Below, piece after piece: positions 36,813-46,763 of a stretch of 64,000 nucleotides of DNA. Position numbers and translations under genes: made by a program. Numbering within the stretch: position 1 is the stretch's first letter; each line of letters begins with the position of its first letter. The stretch is from positions 128,001 to 192,000 of IMG/VR virus record IMGVR_UViG_3300037454_000906. One strand, given 5' to 3'. Under the pieces are notes generated by a model. It was not told the origin of the DNA. It searched no databases and worked only from the letters and a program-made list of their open reading frames with translations. This stretch comes from a virus.

Positions 36813-37768
36813 TATGTTTCCCCCAGATTGATTTTGATTTTATCTTCCGATGGCGGGGTTCCCAGTTGGGCGCAATCTTCGCCGGCAATTCCGCCCATGA
36901 TCGCATTGAGACAGAGGGGGGCCTTGATGTCATGGAGGACGTTGGCACACCGCTTGCGACGCTCGTTTTCCGGCTTGATCGTGGTATGGTATTTGGTCTT
37001 CCACGTGTCCGGCGTATCGATGGGAATTGACGGGCGATTATAATCCACCGCCGTCGGGCCACCGTACGCACGCACCCTGTACTGCCATATGAGCTCTTCG
37101 CGCCAAGCGTCACGTTCTTCATCGGTAAGCGAAGTCTTGCCCAGGTTCACGTTGCTGATGAATCCGTCCAAGAGTTCCGGGGTGATTTCGAAGCCCGATA
37201 CCGACCAGATACCTTGGATATAGCTTAACTGGATACGGTTGACATACGGTATTGCCCACTCGTACTCCGAGACGACCTTCCTCAATGACTCGACCCTGTC
37301 GCGCCATGCCGCCAGCCGTCTCGCAATGTCGCGCACAAGCATCGGAATGGTATAATAGGATTCGTCATATCTATGCCTTACGACAAAATTCAACTCATCA
37401 GGTATGGAATCGAAGTACGGAGGGGGCGATGGCGGACACGGGCCGTCGATACTGTAGCGATAAGTGGATACAGGGCAGACTAGCTTATGCTCGACGATGT
37501 ATTGGTTTATCTCGTCGAGCTTATTGCTTCTAACAATAATATCGCCGACCCCGATACGTAGATCGATATCGAGCCGCTTATCCCCCAGCACATTGGTCAG
37601 CTGCCGGCTAAGCTCGTCATACAGTAATCTCTCCTTGTAGCAGTAAGTATCTGGAGAATTACGTTCCAACAGCGGATACTGGGTGTCCATAATGGCACCG
37701 ATAGGCATATGGTTGATCTCGTCGATGGTGAGTGGCGCGAGAAATTTTCTGATTAATCTTTTAAGCAT
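36812..37768 (-). CDS. hypothetical protein (probably leaderless)
   Basis: TTGCCA(37803-798)-N17-TATATT(37780-75)-N6-ATG. Confidence 0.65.
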   Translation of the reverse strand: MLKRLIRKFLAPLTIDEINHMPIGAIMDTQYPLLERNSPDTYCYKERLLYDELSRQLTNVLGDKRLDIDLRIGVGDIIVRSNKLDEINQYIVEHKLVCPVSTYRYSIDGPCPPSPPPYFDSIPDELNFVVRHRYDESYYTIPMLVRDIARRLAAWRDRVESLRKVVSEYEWAIPYVNRIQLSYIQGIWSVSGFEITPELLDGFISNVNLGKTSLTDEERDAWREELIWQYRVRAYGGPTAVDYNRPSIPIDTPDTWKTKYHTTIKPENERRKRCANVLHDIKAPLCLNAIMGGIAGEDCAQLGTPPSEDKIKINLGET

Positions 37769-37822
37769 GTACCAAATATAGCAACATGGCTACCGCATGG
37801 CAACATGGTGTAGTTTTAGGAC

Positions 37823-38407
37823 ATGAAGATGCATATGAAATATAGGTGTGTATTCCCGGGATGCGGATATGAGACTGACGAGCGCTCCCTCATCGAAATC
37901 CATCACGTGAACCCAAGGGAACTTAAACGGAAGCTGAATAAAGACTTGGAGCTACCATTCTGCCCGACTCACCACAAGCTGATATTCCATCCCGAGTCGG
38001 GTTCCGGGCAGCACTCCATCGCCCATGGCAACTCGCTGTCCGTGGTCCAGGTGGCCAATACAACCACCGGGAAAGCGGTCATATTCAAGGACATGCAGGG
38101 GAGGGAGATAACCGTATGCATTGACACTCGGGTGCCAAAGGCGGATGCCATTTACGAGATCGGGTGGGACATCCTAAAGGGAATACAGGAATCCGAGCCG
38201 CCCGAAATCGATTCCTACGTGGAAACCCAGGTTGACGCCAAGGGGTATTGCCAGGTCGGGTGCAAGGTATTCTTCTCCCCCGGGAACCGCCACGTGGCAC
38301 GGGACTTGCTGAAACAATATATCACCCAGTACATGATCAGGGCAAAAAACGAATATGAGGGTGCCTTGGCCAAGGCCAGGGCCGACTATAGGTCCCTCAT
38401 GGATTAA
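37823..38407 (+). CDS. HNH-like Zn-binding endonuclease domain protein
   Basis: CVFPGC...IEIHHV...PFCPTHHKLI; TAGTTT-N6-ATG. Confidence 0.6.
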   Translation: MKMHMKYRCVFPGCGYETDERSLIEIHHVNPRELKRKLNKDLELPFCPTHHKLIFHPESGSGQHSIAHGNSLSVVQVANTTTGKAVIFKDMQGREITVCIDTRVPKADAIYEIGWDILKGIQESEPPEIDSYVETQVDAKGYCQVGCKVFFSPGNRHVARDLLKQYITQYMIRAKNEYEGALAKARADYRSLMD

Positions 38408-38413
38408 GATTGG

Positions 38414-38638
38414 CTAGTGGAATATGATTATACCGATTGCTACCAGTATGGGCGGAAGACCGAGCACGGTGAGCTGGAACACCCATTCGGAGCGGGGCTT
38501 AACGGGCTTGATTTTGCCGGTCCATGTCCGTCGCCACCCACGGTTCACCTTGCAATCACCGATGCCGTTGATGAACGCGAGAGCGCATGCACCGATGTAC
38601 ACGAAGAACGAAACCAGACAATACAAGAACATACTCAT
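38414..38638 (-). CDS. small membrane protein
   Basis: Two TM segments. Confidence 0.5.
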   Translation of the reverse strand: MSMFLYCLVSFFVYIGACALAFINGIGDCKVNRGWRRTWTGKIKPVKPRSEWVFQLTVLGLPPILVAIGIIIFH

Positions 38639-38642
38639 ACAC

Positions 38643-38768
38643 TTATCCGTTCAACGGGGGCGCGATGCAATTGAATATGATTGTCGCTGTCCCAAATCCC
38701 ATCATCAACCCGACAATAAACGTCCACATCGCCATGTCATCTACAATGATTTTCTTCAGCAATTTCAT
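38643..38768 (-). CDS. small membrane protein
   Basis: MKLLKKIIV... with AAAGGAG RBS and ATGA overlap. Confidence 0.5.
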   Translation of the reverse strand: MKLLKKIIVDDMAMWTFIVGLMMGFGTATIIFNCIAPPLNG

Positions 38769-39241
38769 GGTTTCTCCTTTTGATTTAACCTGTATATGAC
38801 CCGATCCATGAATTTCATCATGAGATGGTGGGCACCTGGTCCCCACAGGACGGTGACCACCATCATCACAATGAACTGTACCATGCCCGGTCTGTAGTCG
38901 GTGAAGTAGCAGTAAAGTGCACTTGCGAGCACCGGCAGGAGGCAGCCCCCGAGATATGGGATTACCAACAATGCCATCCCGGCGCCCTTCAGGAAGGACA
39001 TGTAGTAATCTCCCCACCTGCTGCGGTATTCATATTTAAACCGGGGGTATAGTGGGATAGGCGCCCAGAGAATACTCGTCACCACCGTTATGGCCACGGC
39101 GATGGTGGATATGTCAGTGTCCCGGGTGGCAACCTTGTAGACCAGGATAATGACCGAGGGGAGCACCACGGTGAGAGCCATGAAGATTGTCTTGATCCAT
39201 CCCCACACGGTTTCAATCACTGATAAGTATGTTTCTAGCAT
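38765..39241 (-). CDS. membrane protein (4 TM)
   Basis: GGAGG RBS; hydrophobic helices. Confidence 0.6.
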   Translation of the reverse strand: MLETYLSVIETVWGWIKTIFMALTVVLPSVIILVYKVATRDTDISTIAVAITVVTSILWAPIPLYPRFKYEYRSRWGDYYMSFLKGAGMALLVIPYLGGCLLPVLASALYCYFTDYRPGMVQFIVMMVVTVLWGPGAHHLMMKFMDRVIYRLNQKEKP

Positions 39242-39292
39242 GTTTCCTCCGTCTTTAAAATTAGGATATGTCCACCCAAAGTGTTGCTAGTT

Positions 39293-39787
39293 TTAATGCC
39301 CCTGTTCCGGGAGATCCGTTAGCCGGTCGAACTCGCTTATGACGTGCTTATAGGCAATCCGGCAGTATGTCATGAGCTGTTCCTTGTCGGCCACCGGTAT
39401 GTTCTTCTTGACTGATACGCCTCGCATCCACACCGGTGATATAGTTCTGGATTCCTTGAATTCATTTGATTTCATAATCTCCGGTACGGCATAGTTAGAC
39501 ATGTCGTTGAAGTTCGGTGATACAATGATTCCGGAGAAATGGCGGCAATGTGGGTCTTCGGATGCGATAGTGTACAAGGAGTACGCCTCAGGCGTGAGTT
39601 CGCACTTGTTTCCGTTCGGACTTATAACGGTCATGCAGTGCTTCGTCAGAAAGTTGAACTCGAACGCGTTGTAGTTGTAGCATATGGTATGGCGGAACCC
39701 GGTGGACAGAGTCAACTCGTCCGCACCGTATTTTCTCGCTCGCTCAGTAACGAGGTCATATAGTTCTTCTGCTGATTCTATGTGCAT
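39293..39787 (-). CDS. hypothetical protein, possible MmcQ/YjbR-like
   Basis: C-terminal W..V.....V...EQL...C..AY..V loosely resembles YjbR. Confidence 0.4.
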   Translation of the reverse strand: MHIESAEELYDLVTERARKYGADELTLSTGFRHTICYNYNAFEFNFLTKHCMTVISPNGNKCELTPEAYSLYTIASEDPHCRHFSGIIVSPNFNDMSNYAVPEIMKSNEFKESRTISPVWMRGVSVKKNIPVADKEQLMTYCRIAYKHVISEFDRLTDLPEQGH

Positions 39788-39840
39788 GAAACACTCCTTT
39801 CTGGGTAAGAAACTACATGGTTTTTTGCCAGTTTGCTGGC

Positions 39841-40056
39841 TCAGTGGTCCCGGTACCCGTGCTTCCGGCAGATTTCCTTGACTGCATTTTCGATCTCCTG
39901 GGCGGTTGCCAAGTCCATGCCGTGGATGTCTTCGAGGAAACCGATGCCGATTTCGTCGAAGCAGGTATGTTCAGGGCAGTAATCTTCGCCATCCCCGTAT
40001 TTTTCGATGGCGCATCGTTCGAGTTCTTCACGATCGTTGCGCATTTGCTTCTCCAA
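39841..40056 (-). CDS. hypothetical protein
   Basis: 71 aa. Confidence 0.5.
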   Translation of the reverse strand: MEKQMRNDREELERCAIEKYGDGEDYCPEHTCFDEIGIGFLEDIHGMDLATAQEIENAVKEICRKHGYRDH

Positions 40057-40183
40057 AAAACAAAAATTTAAACCAAAAAATTTTAGCGGGTTTAATTCCT
40101 CGTTTTGAAAACACCGTTAAACTTAATTCCTTGGAGTTTTCATCAAGGGCTGTTGCAGTCCTCCTTAAACCAAACGAATCAAT

Positions 40184-40486
40184 TTAGGCCTTCTTGGTTT
40201 CACCCTCCATTTCACCCCAGTTTCCAAACTCGATTACATCCTTTACCGCCGAATCAATATCGTTGACAGACTTGGTTGCAACCAATTCATCCTCATCGTT
40301 ATAACGCTCTAACATCTGCTCTGTGTCATCAAATATAAGACTACCATCTTCACCATAGACAACACATCGTGGCACATCGTTGATTACGATGGTCTCTATT
40401 TCTATGTTAACTTCATCTGCGGCATATGCAGGGTTATTCTTGATAGCGGATTCAAATTCTTCTTTACTTACCATACTTAGCTTCAC
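40184..40486 (-). CDS. acidic hypothetical protein
   Basis: 100 aa. Confidence 0.5.
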   Translation of the reverse strand: MKLSMVSKEEFESAIKNNPAYAADEVNIEIETIVINDVPRCVVYGEDGSLIFDDTEQMLERYNDEDELVATKSVNDIDSAVKDVIEFGNWGEMEGETKKA

Positions 40487-40599
40487 ATTACTTGAAAAGT
40501 TTCCGTTTTGGTTTTATCCCTCATTAAATTTGTCGGCAAGTGCAAGCCAACGCTTGTGCCACTTTCCGTTTTAATTCCTCGTTCCGGAAACCGAATAAT

Positions 40600-42003
40600 T
40601 TATGATTCCGACGATTCATCACCCGATTCATCGACCGAAACATCCTGCTCGGATTTTTCTGAAGCCCTGGCACTCATCCAATCATAGTGGTCGTTCAATG
40701 CGCTGTTGGAAATCTCATTGAGGAGTCGCATTGGGTGCTCAAGTCCATCCGGCGGAAAGTAGTCATCTACTTTGCCAGCATCCGGTGATGCCGGGATAGT
40801 TTCGGGCCCATATGCACATGTAGCTACGGGAATGCCGATCCTGCTTATTCCATAGCGGAAATAAAGCCACTGTGCATCGCGTGTGGTGATGCGCCAATCC
40901 CCATAGAATACACTTTTTGCATACTCATCATGCAACTTATCGGATTTCTCAGTCTTTTCGGGAAATTCTTTCTGGAACAATGCGCGTACTTTTTCGTAGA
41001 TATCATCGCGCACCTTCACCTTGCCATGAACTAGATTAGAATCATTATTACCTATCTTGATGTCGATTTGGCACGTTGTCCAATCGAAGAACATGAATTC
41101 ATTGCCGATGATGTCAAAAATGTCACGGTGGATAAACGTCTTGAAACGTGTTTTCTGGCGCCAATCATCGCTTTCAAGTATCATTGGCGCATATACGCTT
41201 AGAGCAGCCAAGTCTGCCAGATCCGGTGCACAACTTGTGCGGCTTGCGCATGTACGGATGACGTTATCGAGGATGGGAATAATCTTCGTGAACTTAGCAA
41301 GGAATTCTTCCTTCTCCTTCCGGATGATATCCCCCAGATGGGCAGATTTATTGACAATGTCATCAACGAGCGCATTGACAACATCCAGGTTGCTTGCAGT
41401 TTCGGGAAGTCCGAGAATTTTCTTAGCATCGTCAATATTTTTCCAGTCAGCCTTATAACTTTTAATATTTCCGCCGCTATCAAATTCATACCCGACCTTC
41501 ACGATAATATTGCCATCCCTATCGAACCCGATGAGTTCATTCACGTGCTCTTTGGCCTTTTCGGGCAGCATCTTAATGTTGTGAATACCGACCGCACCAT
41601 CGAGCGTATTGCGTACCAGTTCAAACCATGGTTGCTGCATGCACTCAATCTTCAACCGGAGGAAGTCAGCGTATGTTGCGAGCGTAGACTCTTCAGGATT
41701 GATTGCCTTTGTACACTTCTCGATGATTTCCGGGGTGATTTCCTGGGCAGTATAGGTAAGGGGACCCATCTTCCACCCGTTCTCTTTTAGATACTTGTTG
41801 GCATCCGCAATGGCGGTTTCAAGGGTTTCATCCTCGGAGAACCCGGCCATGCCGGAACCATCGCACCAATGTACAGCATACCCGAAACGGGAAAGCTGGA
41901 TGTGATCACCGGTACAATGTTTTCCTTCATGGTTGAAGATTTCCGCCTGGGCCTCCACCAGCTTGGATGGCATGTAGGCGGCAAATAATGAAAATCGTCT
42001 CAT
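40600..42003 (-). CDS. hypothetical protein
   Basis: 467 aa; AAGGAG RBS. Confidence 0.7.
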   Translation of the reverse strand: MRRFSLFAAYMPSKLVEAQAEIFNHEGKHCTGDHIQLSRFGYAVHWCDGSGMAGFSEDETLETAIADANKYLKENGWKMGPLTYTAQEITPEIIEKCTKAINPEESTLATYADFLRLKIECMQQPWFELVRNTLDGAVGIHNIKMLPEKAKEHVNELIGFDRDGNIIVKVGYEFDSGGNIKSYKADWKNIDDAKKILGLPETASNLDVVNALVDDIVNKSAHLGDIIRKEKEEFLAKFTKIIPILDNVIRTCASRTSCAPDLADLAALSVYAPMILESDDWRQKTRFKTFIHRDIFDIIGNEFMFFDWTTCQIDIKIGNNDSNLVHGKVKVRDDIYEKVRALFQKEFPEKTEKSDKLHDEYAKSVFYGDWRITTRDAQWLYFRYGISRIGIPVATCAYGPETIPASPDAGKVDDYFPPDGLEHPMRLLNEISNSALNDHYDWMSARASEKSEQDVSVDESGDESSES

Positions 42004-42068
42004 GGTTACTCCTTATTGTTTACGGCATTATTGTCATTGTTTGGTGATTGGCTGGATGAACAGCATGA

Positions 42069-42227
42069 TCACCTATTATCCATTTCTTTCATTTCGAACT
42101 TCATGCGTTGTTCCTCCTTGTACTTGTTCAGCGCATGATGGAAATCGCGCTTGTTGAACAAGTACCCGAAACTGCGTTTGCCGGTTTTTGCCCAGTACAT
42201 GAATCCCCAGAAGAAGTGCTTCGCCAT
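42069..42227 (-). CDS. small hypothetical protein
   Basis: MAKHFFWG start just after the upstream stop. Confidence 0.45.
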   Translation of the reverse strand: MAKHFFWGFMYWAKTGKRSFGYLFNKRDFHHALNKYKEEQRMKFEMKEMDNR

Positions 42228-42231
42228 GGTC

Positions 42232-42792
42232 CTATCCTTTGGAATGCAACAGGTTCCTGAATTCCAATTCCTGCATGATGTGTTCGAACACCTGTTCATA
42301 TCCGGACTGCTCCCCGCGCATCACCGCATAGGGAACGCCCTGGTCATCGAGCATCTTCCGGATGGTCTTGTCGATTTCCTTGGATTCCTCCTCGGTCTGG
42401 TTCCTTCCGTTGGGGTTGTACGGCTTGACCCTTTCCAGGAAAATTTCGATCGTGCTTCCACGATACTGGTCGGCTTCCTCAACACAGGCAAGTCCAAGTT
42501 GTGGGCGGCCATTCAGGTCAGCATAGATTTTACCGAGCCGGATGGGCGAATCGGTAACGATGACATCGACCTTACCGAAGCACCGGGATACGCGGAATGA
42601 CTGTTTGCCTGTAATGTAGAACTGGCACTTGAACGCCTCCTGGCTGCCTTCCCACACCTTATCCTTAGCGACCTCGGTGACATATTCGGCATCGACCCCG
42701 GCCATTTTCAACTTAGCGAATATATAGGCAGCGCCGGAACTTTTTCCCGTTCCGGGGCCACCGTAGAGGTTCACGATAATCGTATTCTTCAT
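42232..42792 (-). CDS. P-loop ATPase/kinase (AAA_28, NadR-kinase-like)
   Basis: VNLYGGPGTGKSS...EYVTEVAKD...IVTDSPI...FLERVKPYNPNGRNQTEEES. Confidence 0.75.
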   Translation of the reverse strand: MKNTIIVNLYGGPGTGKSSGAAYIFAKLKMAGVDAEYVTEVAKDKVWEGSQEAFKCQFYITGKQSFRVSRCFGKVDVIVTDSPIRLGKIYADLNGRPQLGLACVEEADQYRGSTIEIFLERVKPYNPNGRNQTEEESKEIDKTIRKMLDDQGVPYAVMRGEQSGYEQVFEHIMQELEFRNLLHSKG

Positions 42793-43022
42793 ATTTCGAC
42801 GGGCTCCGGCCTCTTCACGAAAGTGTACTTGAACTGCTCGAACATACGTCTGAATATGCGAACAATAAGGTTTGGTTTGTGATAGGGGCACATTATGATT
42901 CCATTGCGCCTGCCATTGTTTCTTCCCTTGTACCCCAGCAGGGCGTAGCTCGCGTCCGCGTAGATGTCACGGTAAATCTTGATCTCACTTTCTGATAACA
43001 GGCTCGCATTCGAGTTTTCCAT
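42789..43022 (-). CDS. hypothetical protein
   Basis: 77 aa; coupled to neighbours. Confidence 0.45.
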   Translation of the reverse strand: MENSNASLLSESEIKIYRDIYADASYALLGYKGRNNGRRNGIIMCPYHKPNLIVRIFRRMFEQFKYTFVKRPEPVEI

Positions 43023-43899
43023 TCTTAACCTCGCACTTTACGTTGATGTGGTCCACCGATTGTTCAGCGGTACAGCGCATGTGCACATGCAGATATGTAG
43101 GGCGGTGCGCTTTATAGATACGGTCCTGGGCGATTTCGTAGTATTCCGGATCGATTTCCATCCCGACGAAGCGACGCCCAGTGTTCAACGCGGCAATCCC
43201 GCATCCGCCGGCACCCATGCAATTATCTAATATAACTTCACCCGGATTGGTGAAGGTCCTGATGAGGTATTCCAGGAGCGGGATTGGCTTCTCGGTCCTG
43301 TGGTTGCTCGCCGAAGGGTGTGGCTTGGCCAGCTTGACAATCGACGTGGGATATTTCTGCGTGCTGCCCTTCCTGGTGTCATCGGTGGCCTTGAAATCCC
43401 CGTAATTGTTGTTGACCATGTCCTTGCTCTTATAGGCATTCCCGCGCCCGTGTAACGGTTTGCCCTCATGGAACTGGGGGTTGTATGTCGGAAGTTGCTT
43501 GTAGAACACGGCGATTTGCTCGTGTTGCCGCAACGGCATCTTCCTGGCATTGAGGAACCCGGTGGTCAGCACCTTGTCCCACACCATGTCATATCGGAAC
43601 ATCTTGCGGTTGGATGCCACCAGGTCCACATAGAACAGCCCCTGTGCAAAAAGAACTATGGCGCCGTTGTCCTTGATGACCCGCTCGTATTCTTTCCAGA
43701 GTGGCTCGAACGGCAGTCGCTTGTCATGGGGGTTGTGCGTGACGCCGTAGGGAAGGTCGCACAGGATCATGTCGACGGACGCATCGTCCAGGTCCTTCAT
43801 GTATGTCAGGCAGTCGCCGCGGTACAGCATTGTGTCATACCCGCCGGTTCTCGGGTTCACCCCGCGCGGTTTCGTCATTTGTTCACCGGTTTCGCTCAT
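42985..43899 (-). CDS. DNA methyltransferase (N6-A/N4-C, beta class), orphan
   Basis: GDCL...ILCDLPYG...H.TEKPIPLLEYLIRTFTNPGEVILDNCMGAGGCGIAALNTGRRFVGME. Confidence 0.9.
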   Translation of the reverse strand: MSETGEQMTKPRGVNPRTGGYDTMLYRGDCLTYMKDLDDASVDMILCDLPYGVTHNPHDKRLPFEPLWKEYERVIKDNGAIVLFAQGLFYVDLVASNRKMFRYDMVWDKVLTTGFLNARKMPLRQHEQIAVFYKQLPTYNPQFHEGKPLHGRGNAYKSKDMVNNNYGDFKATDDTRKGSTQKYPTSIVKLAKPHPSASNHRTEKPIPLLEYLIRTFTNPGEVILDNCMGAGGCGIAALNTGRRFVGMEIDPEYYEIAQDRIYKAHRPTYLHVHMRCTAEQSVDHINVKCEVKNGKLECEPVIRK

Positions 43900-43910
43900 T
43901 CACCAATCCT

Positions 43911-44774
43911 CTAAAATAACCTGGGATCGCCATACCATAGCGGCAAGGAGGGCACGGTTACCATTACCGGCTCCAGCAAATCATTGTGTTCTTTGGCAAG
44001 CGCAATCAAGTTATCGCTCGCCTGATTAACCAAATCCTCGTTATCGCCAACGAATTCGATGCTGTACCGAATCTTTCCCCAAAGGAATCCAACATACTCG
44101 GCGTATGCTATGACGGATACATTGTAGTGGTGTGCCAGCGTACGGAGGGTTTCCTCGACCTCGTCCTTGTCGCACTTGGGTACGGTGAGAACGCGATTGC
44201 ATGTAATGTCACGCCTGATCAATGCTTTCACGGACCCGACGAAAGCCTCCATGGCTTCATTGAGTTTGCCGTTATTGAACACTACCGCATCCCATGGGGC
44301 ATTCTGCTCGAACTCGTCAAACTGGGCGTTTTCGTCCTCGGTTCGCTTGGCCCAGGTCGAACTGTCCCCGTTGCGCAGGTTCGCGCGTGCCTTGCGGTTT
44401 TCTTCGCTCGTGCTGACATATATCACCTTCATGTTGAACCGGTCGGCGAACTTCTTGCAGAAGTAGTAGCCCTGTGGGTCGATGACATAGAACACCACGT
44501 CGGCATCGATCTTGGAAAGCATCTCGACCGTGGTGCAATACCGGTACCCGGTCTCCCCAATCTGCGTGTAGGCGAACGGCTCCTCGCGTTCGAGCAGGGC
44601 GGTGAACTCGTCCTTGGTGAGAAAAGTATGTTCCACGCCTTCCGTTTCGGATGCGCGTTTCGGACGATCGGTGTAAGACGGTATGGCCGATGCGCCGAAT
44701 ACGGACTGGGCGTGCCTGACAAGGGTGTCCTTGCCGGAGCCGGAGCGACCTATGACCAGAATCAAATTCTTCAT
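43911..44774 (-). CDS. guanylate-kinase-like (dNMP kinase) with extra C-terminal domain
   Basis: VIGRSGSGKDT, SYTDRPKR..E..GVEHTF, YVIDPQG. Confidence 0.8.
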   Translation of the reverse strand: MKNLILVIGRSGSGKDTLVRHAQSVFGASAIPSYTDRPKRASETEGVEHTFLTKDEFTALLEREEPFAYTQIGETGYRYCTTVEMLSKIDADVVFYVIDPQGYYFCKKFADRFNMKVIYVSTSEENRKARANLRNGDSSTWAKRTEDENAQFDEFEQNAPWDAVVFNNGKLNEAMEAFVGSVKALIRRDITCNRVLTVPKCDKDEVEETLRTLAHHYNVSVIAYAEYVGFLWGKIRYSIEFVGDNEDLVNQASDNLIALAKEHNDLLEPVMVTVPSLPLWYGDPRLF

Positions 44775-44776
44775 GC

Positions 44777-45190
44777 TTACTCCGCCCCGACTTCAATCAC
44801 GTATTCATCATTGAGACCCTCTTCACGCCACGTGTCCACTTGTTTCGGGTTCCAGTTGGCAATAGTGCCGTTTTCGTCGATATCCATGATGATGTAGTCA
44901 CCATATCCCTCGCTCTTGGGGCACATGAAATCCGGTACGTACTCTTCGCGGGGGGTCTTCCAGGTGCGGGCGCCATCATGCAGGGTGACCATGCACTGGT
45001 CAGACACCTTGGCATACACCGAACATTTAACTCCCCGGGTCCAGTTCGTGATCACCCCGGTATCAACGTCGATGGTGGGCTTCCATTGGTACTCGCCCGA
45101 CACCTCGTGAATACATGGAATCTCCGTTCCCGGGATTTCAGGTTTGAAATCCTCTAAATAGACAACTGCAGAAATTTCGACTGTTTTCAA
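44777..45190 (-). CDS. hypothetical phage protein
   Basis: AGGAGG RBS then TTG start; WKPTIDVDTG...GYGDYIIMDID. Confidence 0.6.
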   Translation of the reverse strand: MKTVEISAVVYLEDFKPEIPGTEIPCIHEVSGEYQWKPTIDVDTGVITNWTRGVKCSVYAKVSDQCMVTLHDGARTWKTPREEYVPDFMCPKSEGYGDYIIMDIDENGTIANWNPKQVDTWREEGLNDEYVIEVGAE

Positions 45191-45269
45191 AATGGCCTCC
45201 TGACCAATAGTTATAGTGAAATATAGCAAATAATGAATGGGAATGTGCAAAAAATGATAAACTTTTTGC

Positions 45270-45446
45270 ATGGAGCCATACAAATACTCGATCATCTATG
45301 TGGATACCCGTTCCGGCCTGTGCGGATGCTCGCCGGATGTTTTTTATCACGCCAGGGACATGATGGACCTCATTTCCTGGTACGAATGCAGGCATAGGTT
45401 CACCAAAGTGGTCGCCGTGATTCCACATGAGAAAAGGCCGGACTGA
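45270..45446 (+). CDS. small protein (58 aa, not in ORF track)
   Basis: MEPYKYSIIYVDTRSGLCGCSPDVFYHARDMMDLISWYECRHRFTKVVAVIPHEKRPD*; TGA-TAAACT-N6-ATG. Confidence 0.45.
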   Translation: MEPYKYSIIYVDTRSGLCGCSPDVFYHARDMMDLISWYECRHRFTKVVAVIPHEKRPD

Positions 45447-45455
45447 GCCGGCCTT
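45432..45455 (-). terminator. intrinsic terminator after AAA ATPase
   Basis: AAGGCCGG-ctcagt-CCGGCCTT followed by TT on the minus strand. Confidence 0.55.
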
Positions 45456-45475
45456 GCGCGTATGTCACGGATTTC

Positions 45476-46705
45476 TCACCTATCTACCAGGTAGAGGGGT
45501 CTCCGTTCTCTCTTCATGGACAGCAACCTGATGTCACCCACGTTCGCCAGTTTGGAGGGTTCGAAATCACCAAAGGACTTTCCGCCGACCTTGAGTTCGT
45601 GCGAGACGAGCTTGATCTTGGAAATCGCCGTCTTCGGGATTATCGCCAGGCCCTCCTTGTTCAACTTGACCTTCCGGCCATCGAACGTGATCTCGATTAC
45701 GGAGCCCGGAGGATCCGTCCTCCCGATGGTCTTCTTATCGGTGTAGGTAGCCGGCAGTTCTCCGTAGAAGTTTTCCCTGTACTTCGTTGAGGTACGGATG
45801 TCTTCCAGGTCGTTGTACAGCTCGGTCGTGTATTCGACCCCGTTGATGATCACCGATGCCAGGAATCCGGATTCGCCGTCACGGTCAAGGTTCAAGTCGC
45901 GGAGGGCGTCTTGGATGCTCGAACCAGCATTGAGTTCTTCCACTACCGCGGAAATCCCATCGTAGTTGATGGCGTAGGTCCCCATGCAGGATACCGCGTA
46001 CTGGATGTCCTTCTTGCTGACTACCTTCGGGTCGCATTCCCCCTCGAGGTACTCGAACATCTCGTCGTGAGTCAATGTACGGAACTCAAAATGGTAGTAG
46101 AATCGCCCCGGGCGGTTCAGCATATATTCGTTGAGGTCGTCTGTGTCATTGGCCGTCGCGATGAAAAGGCGCTTCTCCGAAGATCCGATGCCGTCAAGCA
46201 TCGAGAGGAACCTGTTCTGTTCATTCTTGGCATCCTCGTCCTTATCCGCGTCATCCGGGAAGTTCTTTTCAAATTCATCCATGATTACCACGATCGGCTG
46301 GGTAATCATCTCAAGGATGCCCACGGTCTCGGACACCTTGCAGCCTCCGTCCACGATAATCACCGGAAATCCGTTTTCGATGGCGGTCACCATGGCGCAA
46401 CGGGCGAACATGGATTTCCCCATGCCCCTTTCACCGGTCAGCAATACGCCGGTACTGCGCGGACGGCGCTTGAACGCGGCAAACGTCTTTTCCAGCATGG
46501 CCGGGATTCTTCCATAGATTTTCTTGGGGACCGACATGTCCACCTGAACCCTCTGTTCGAGGATGGTTCCCTGGAACGGGAGGTTCCTGATGACGTATAC
46601 GCCAACCGGTAGAGAACTGCTGATATCGCGGAGGTCTCCGACCGGAATGAACTGTGTACCCGATACCAGGTACTGGGTCTTGCTTGATTGTGTATTCTTG
46701 TTCAT
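45476..46705 (-). CDS. AAA+ ATPase (probably leaderless)
   Basis: GVLLTGERGMGKS, VVIMDEFEK, LSMLDG, IATAN, NRPGRF; TTGCCA-N17-TACATT-N6-ATG. Confidence 0.9.
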   Translation of the reverse strand: MNKNTQSSKTQYLVSGTQFIPVGDLRDISSSLPVGVYVIRNLPFQGTILEQRVQVDMSVPKKIYGRIPAMLEKTFAAFKRRPRSTGVLLTGERGMGKSMFARCAMVTAIENGFPVIIVDGGCKVSETVGILEMITQPIVVIMDEFEKNFPDDADKDEDAKNEQNRFLSMLDGIGSSEKRLFIATANDTDDLNEYMLNRPGRFYYHFEFRTLTHDEMFEYLEGECDPKVVSKKDIQYAVSCMGTYAINYDGISAVVEELNAGSSIQDALRDLNLDRDGESGFLASVIINGVEYTTELYNDLEDIRTSTKYRENFYGELPATYTDKKTIGRTDPPGSVIEITFDGRKVKLNKEGLAIIPKTAISKIKLVSHELKVGGKSFGDFEPSKLANVGDIRLLSMKRERRPLYLVDR

Positions 46706-46763
46706 GGACCAAATGTAGCAAGACTCATTTGCCGTGGCAACCGCACGACCCGGCTACCGGCAA

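Noticed and set aside
40514-40570. Short minus-strand frame ...GKWHKRWLALADKFNEG* and repeated TTAATTCCTCGTT
   Set aside because: No start codon in frame (likely a gene remnant); the 13-mer is explained as an SD-containing (GAGGA) intergenic motif.
42985-43899. Restriction-modification system around the methyltransferase
   Set aside because: No adjacent restriction endonuclease is recognisable; orphan methyltransferases are routine in phages.
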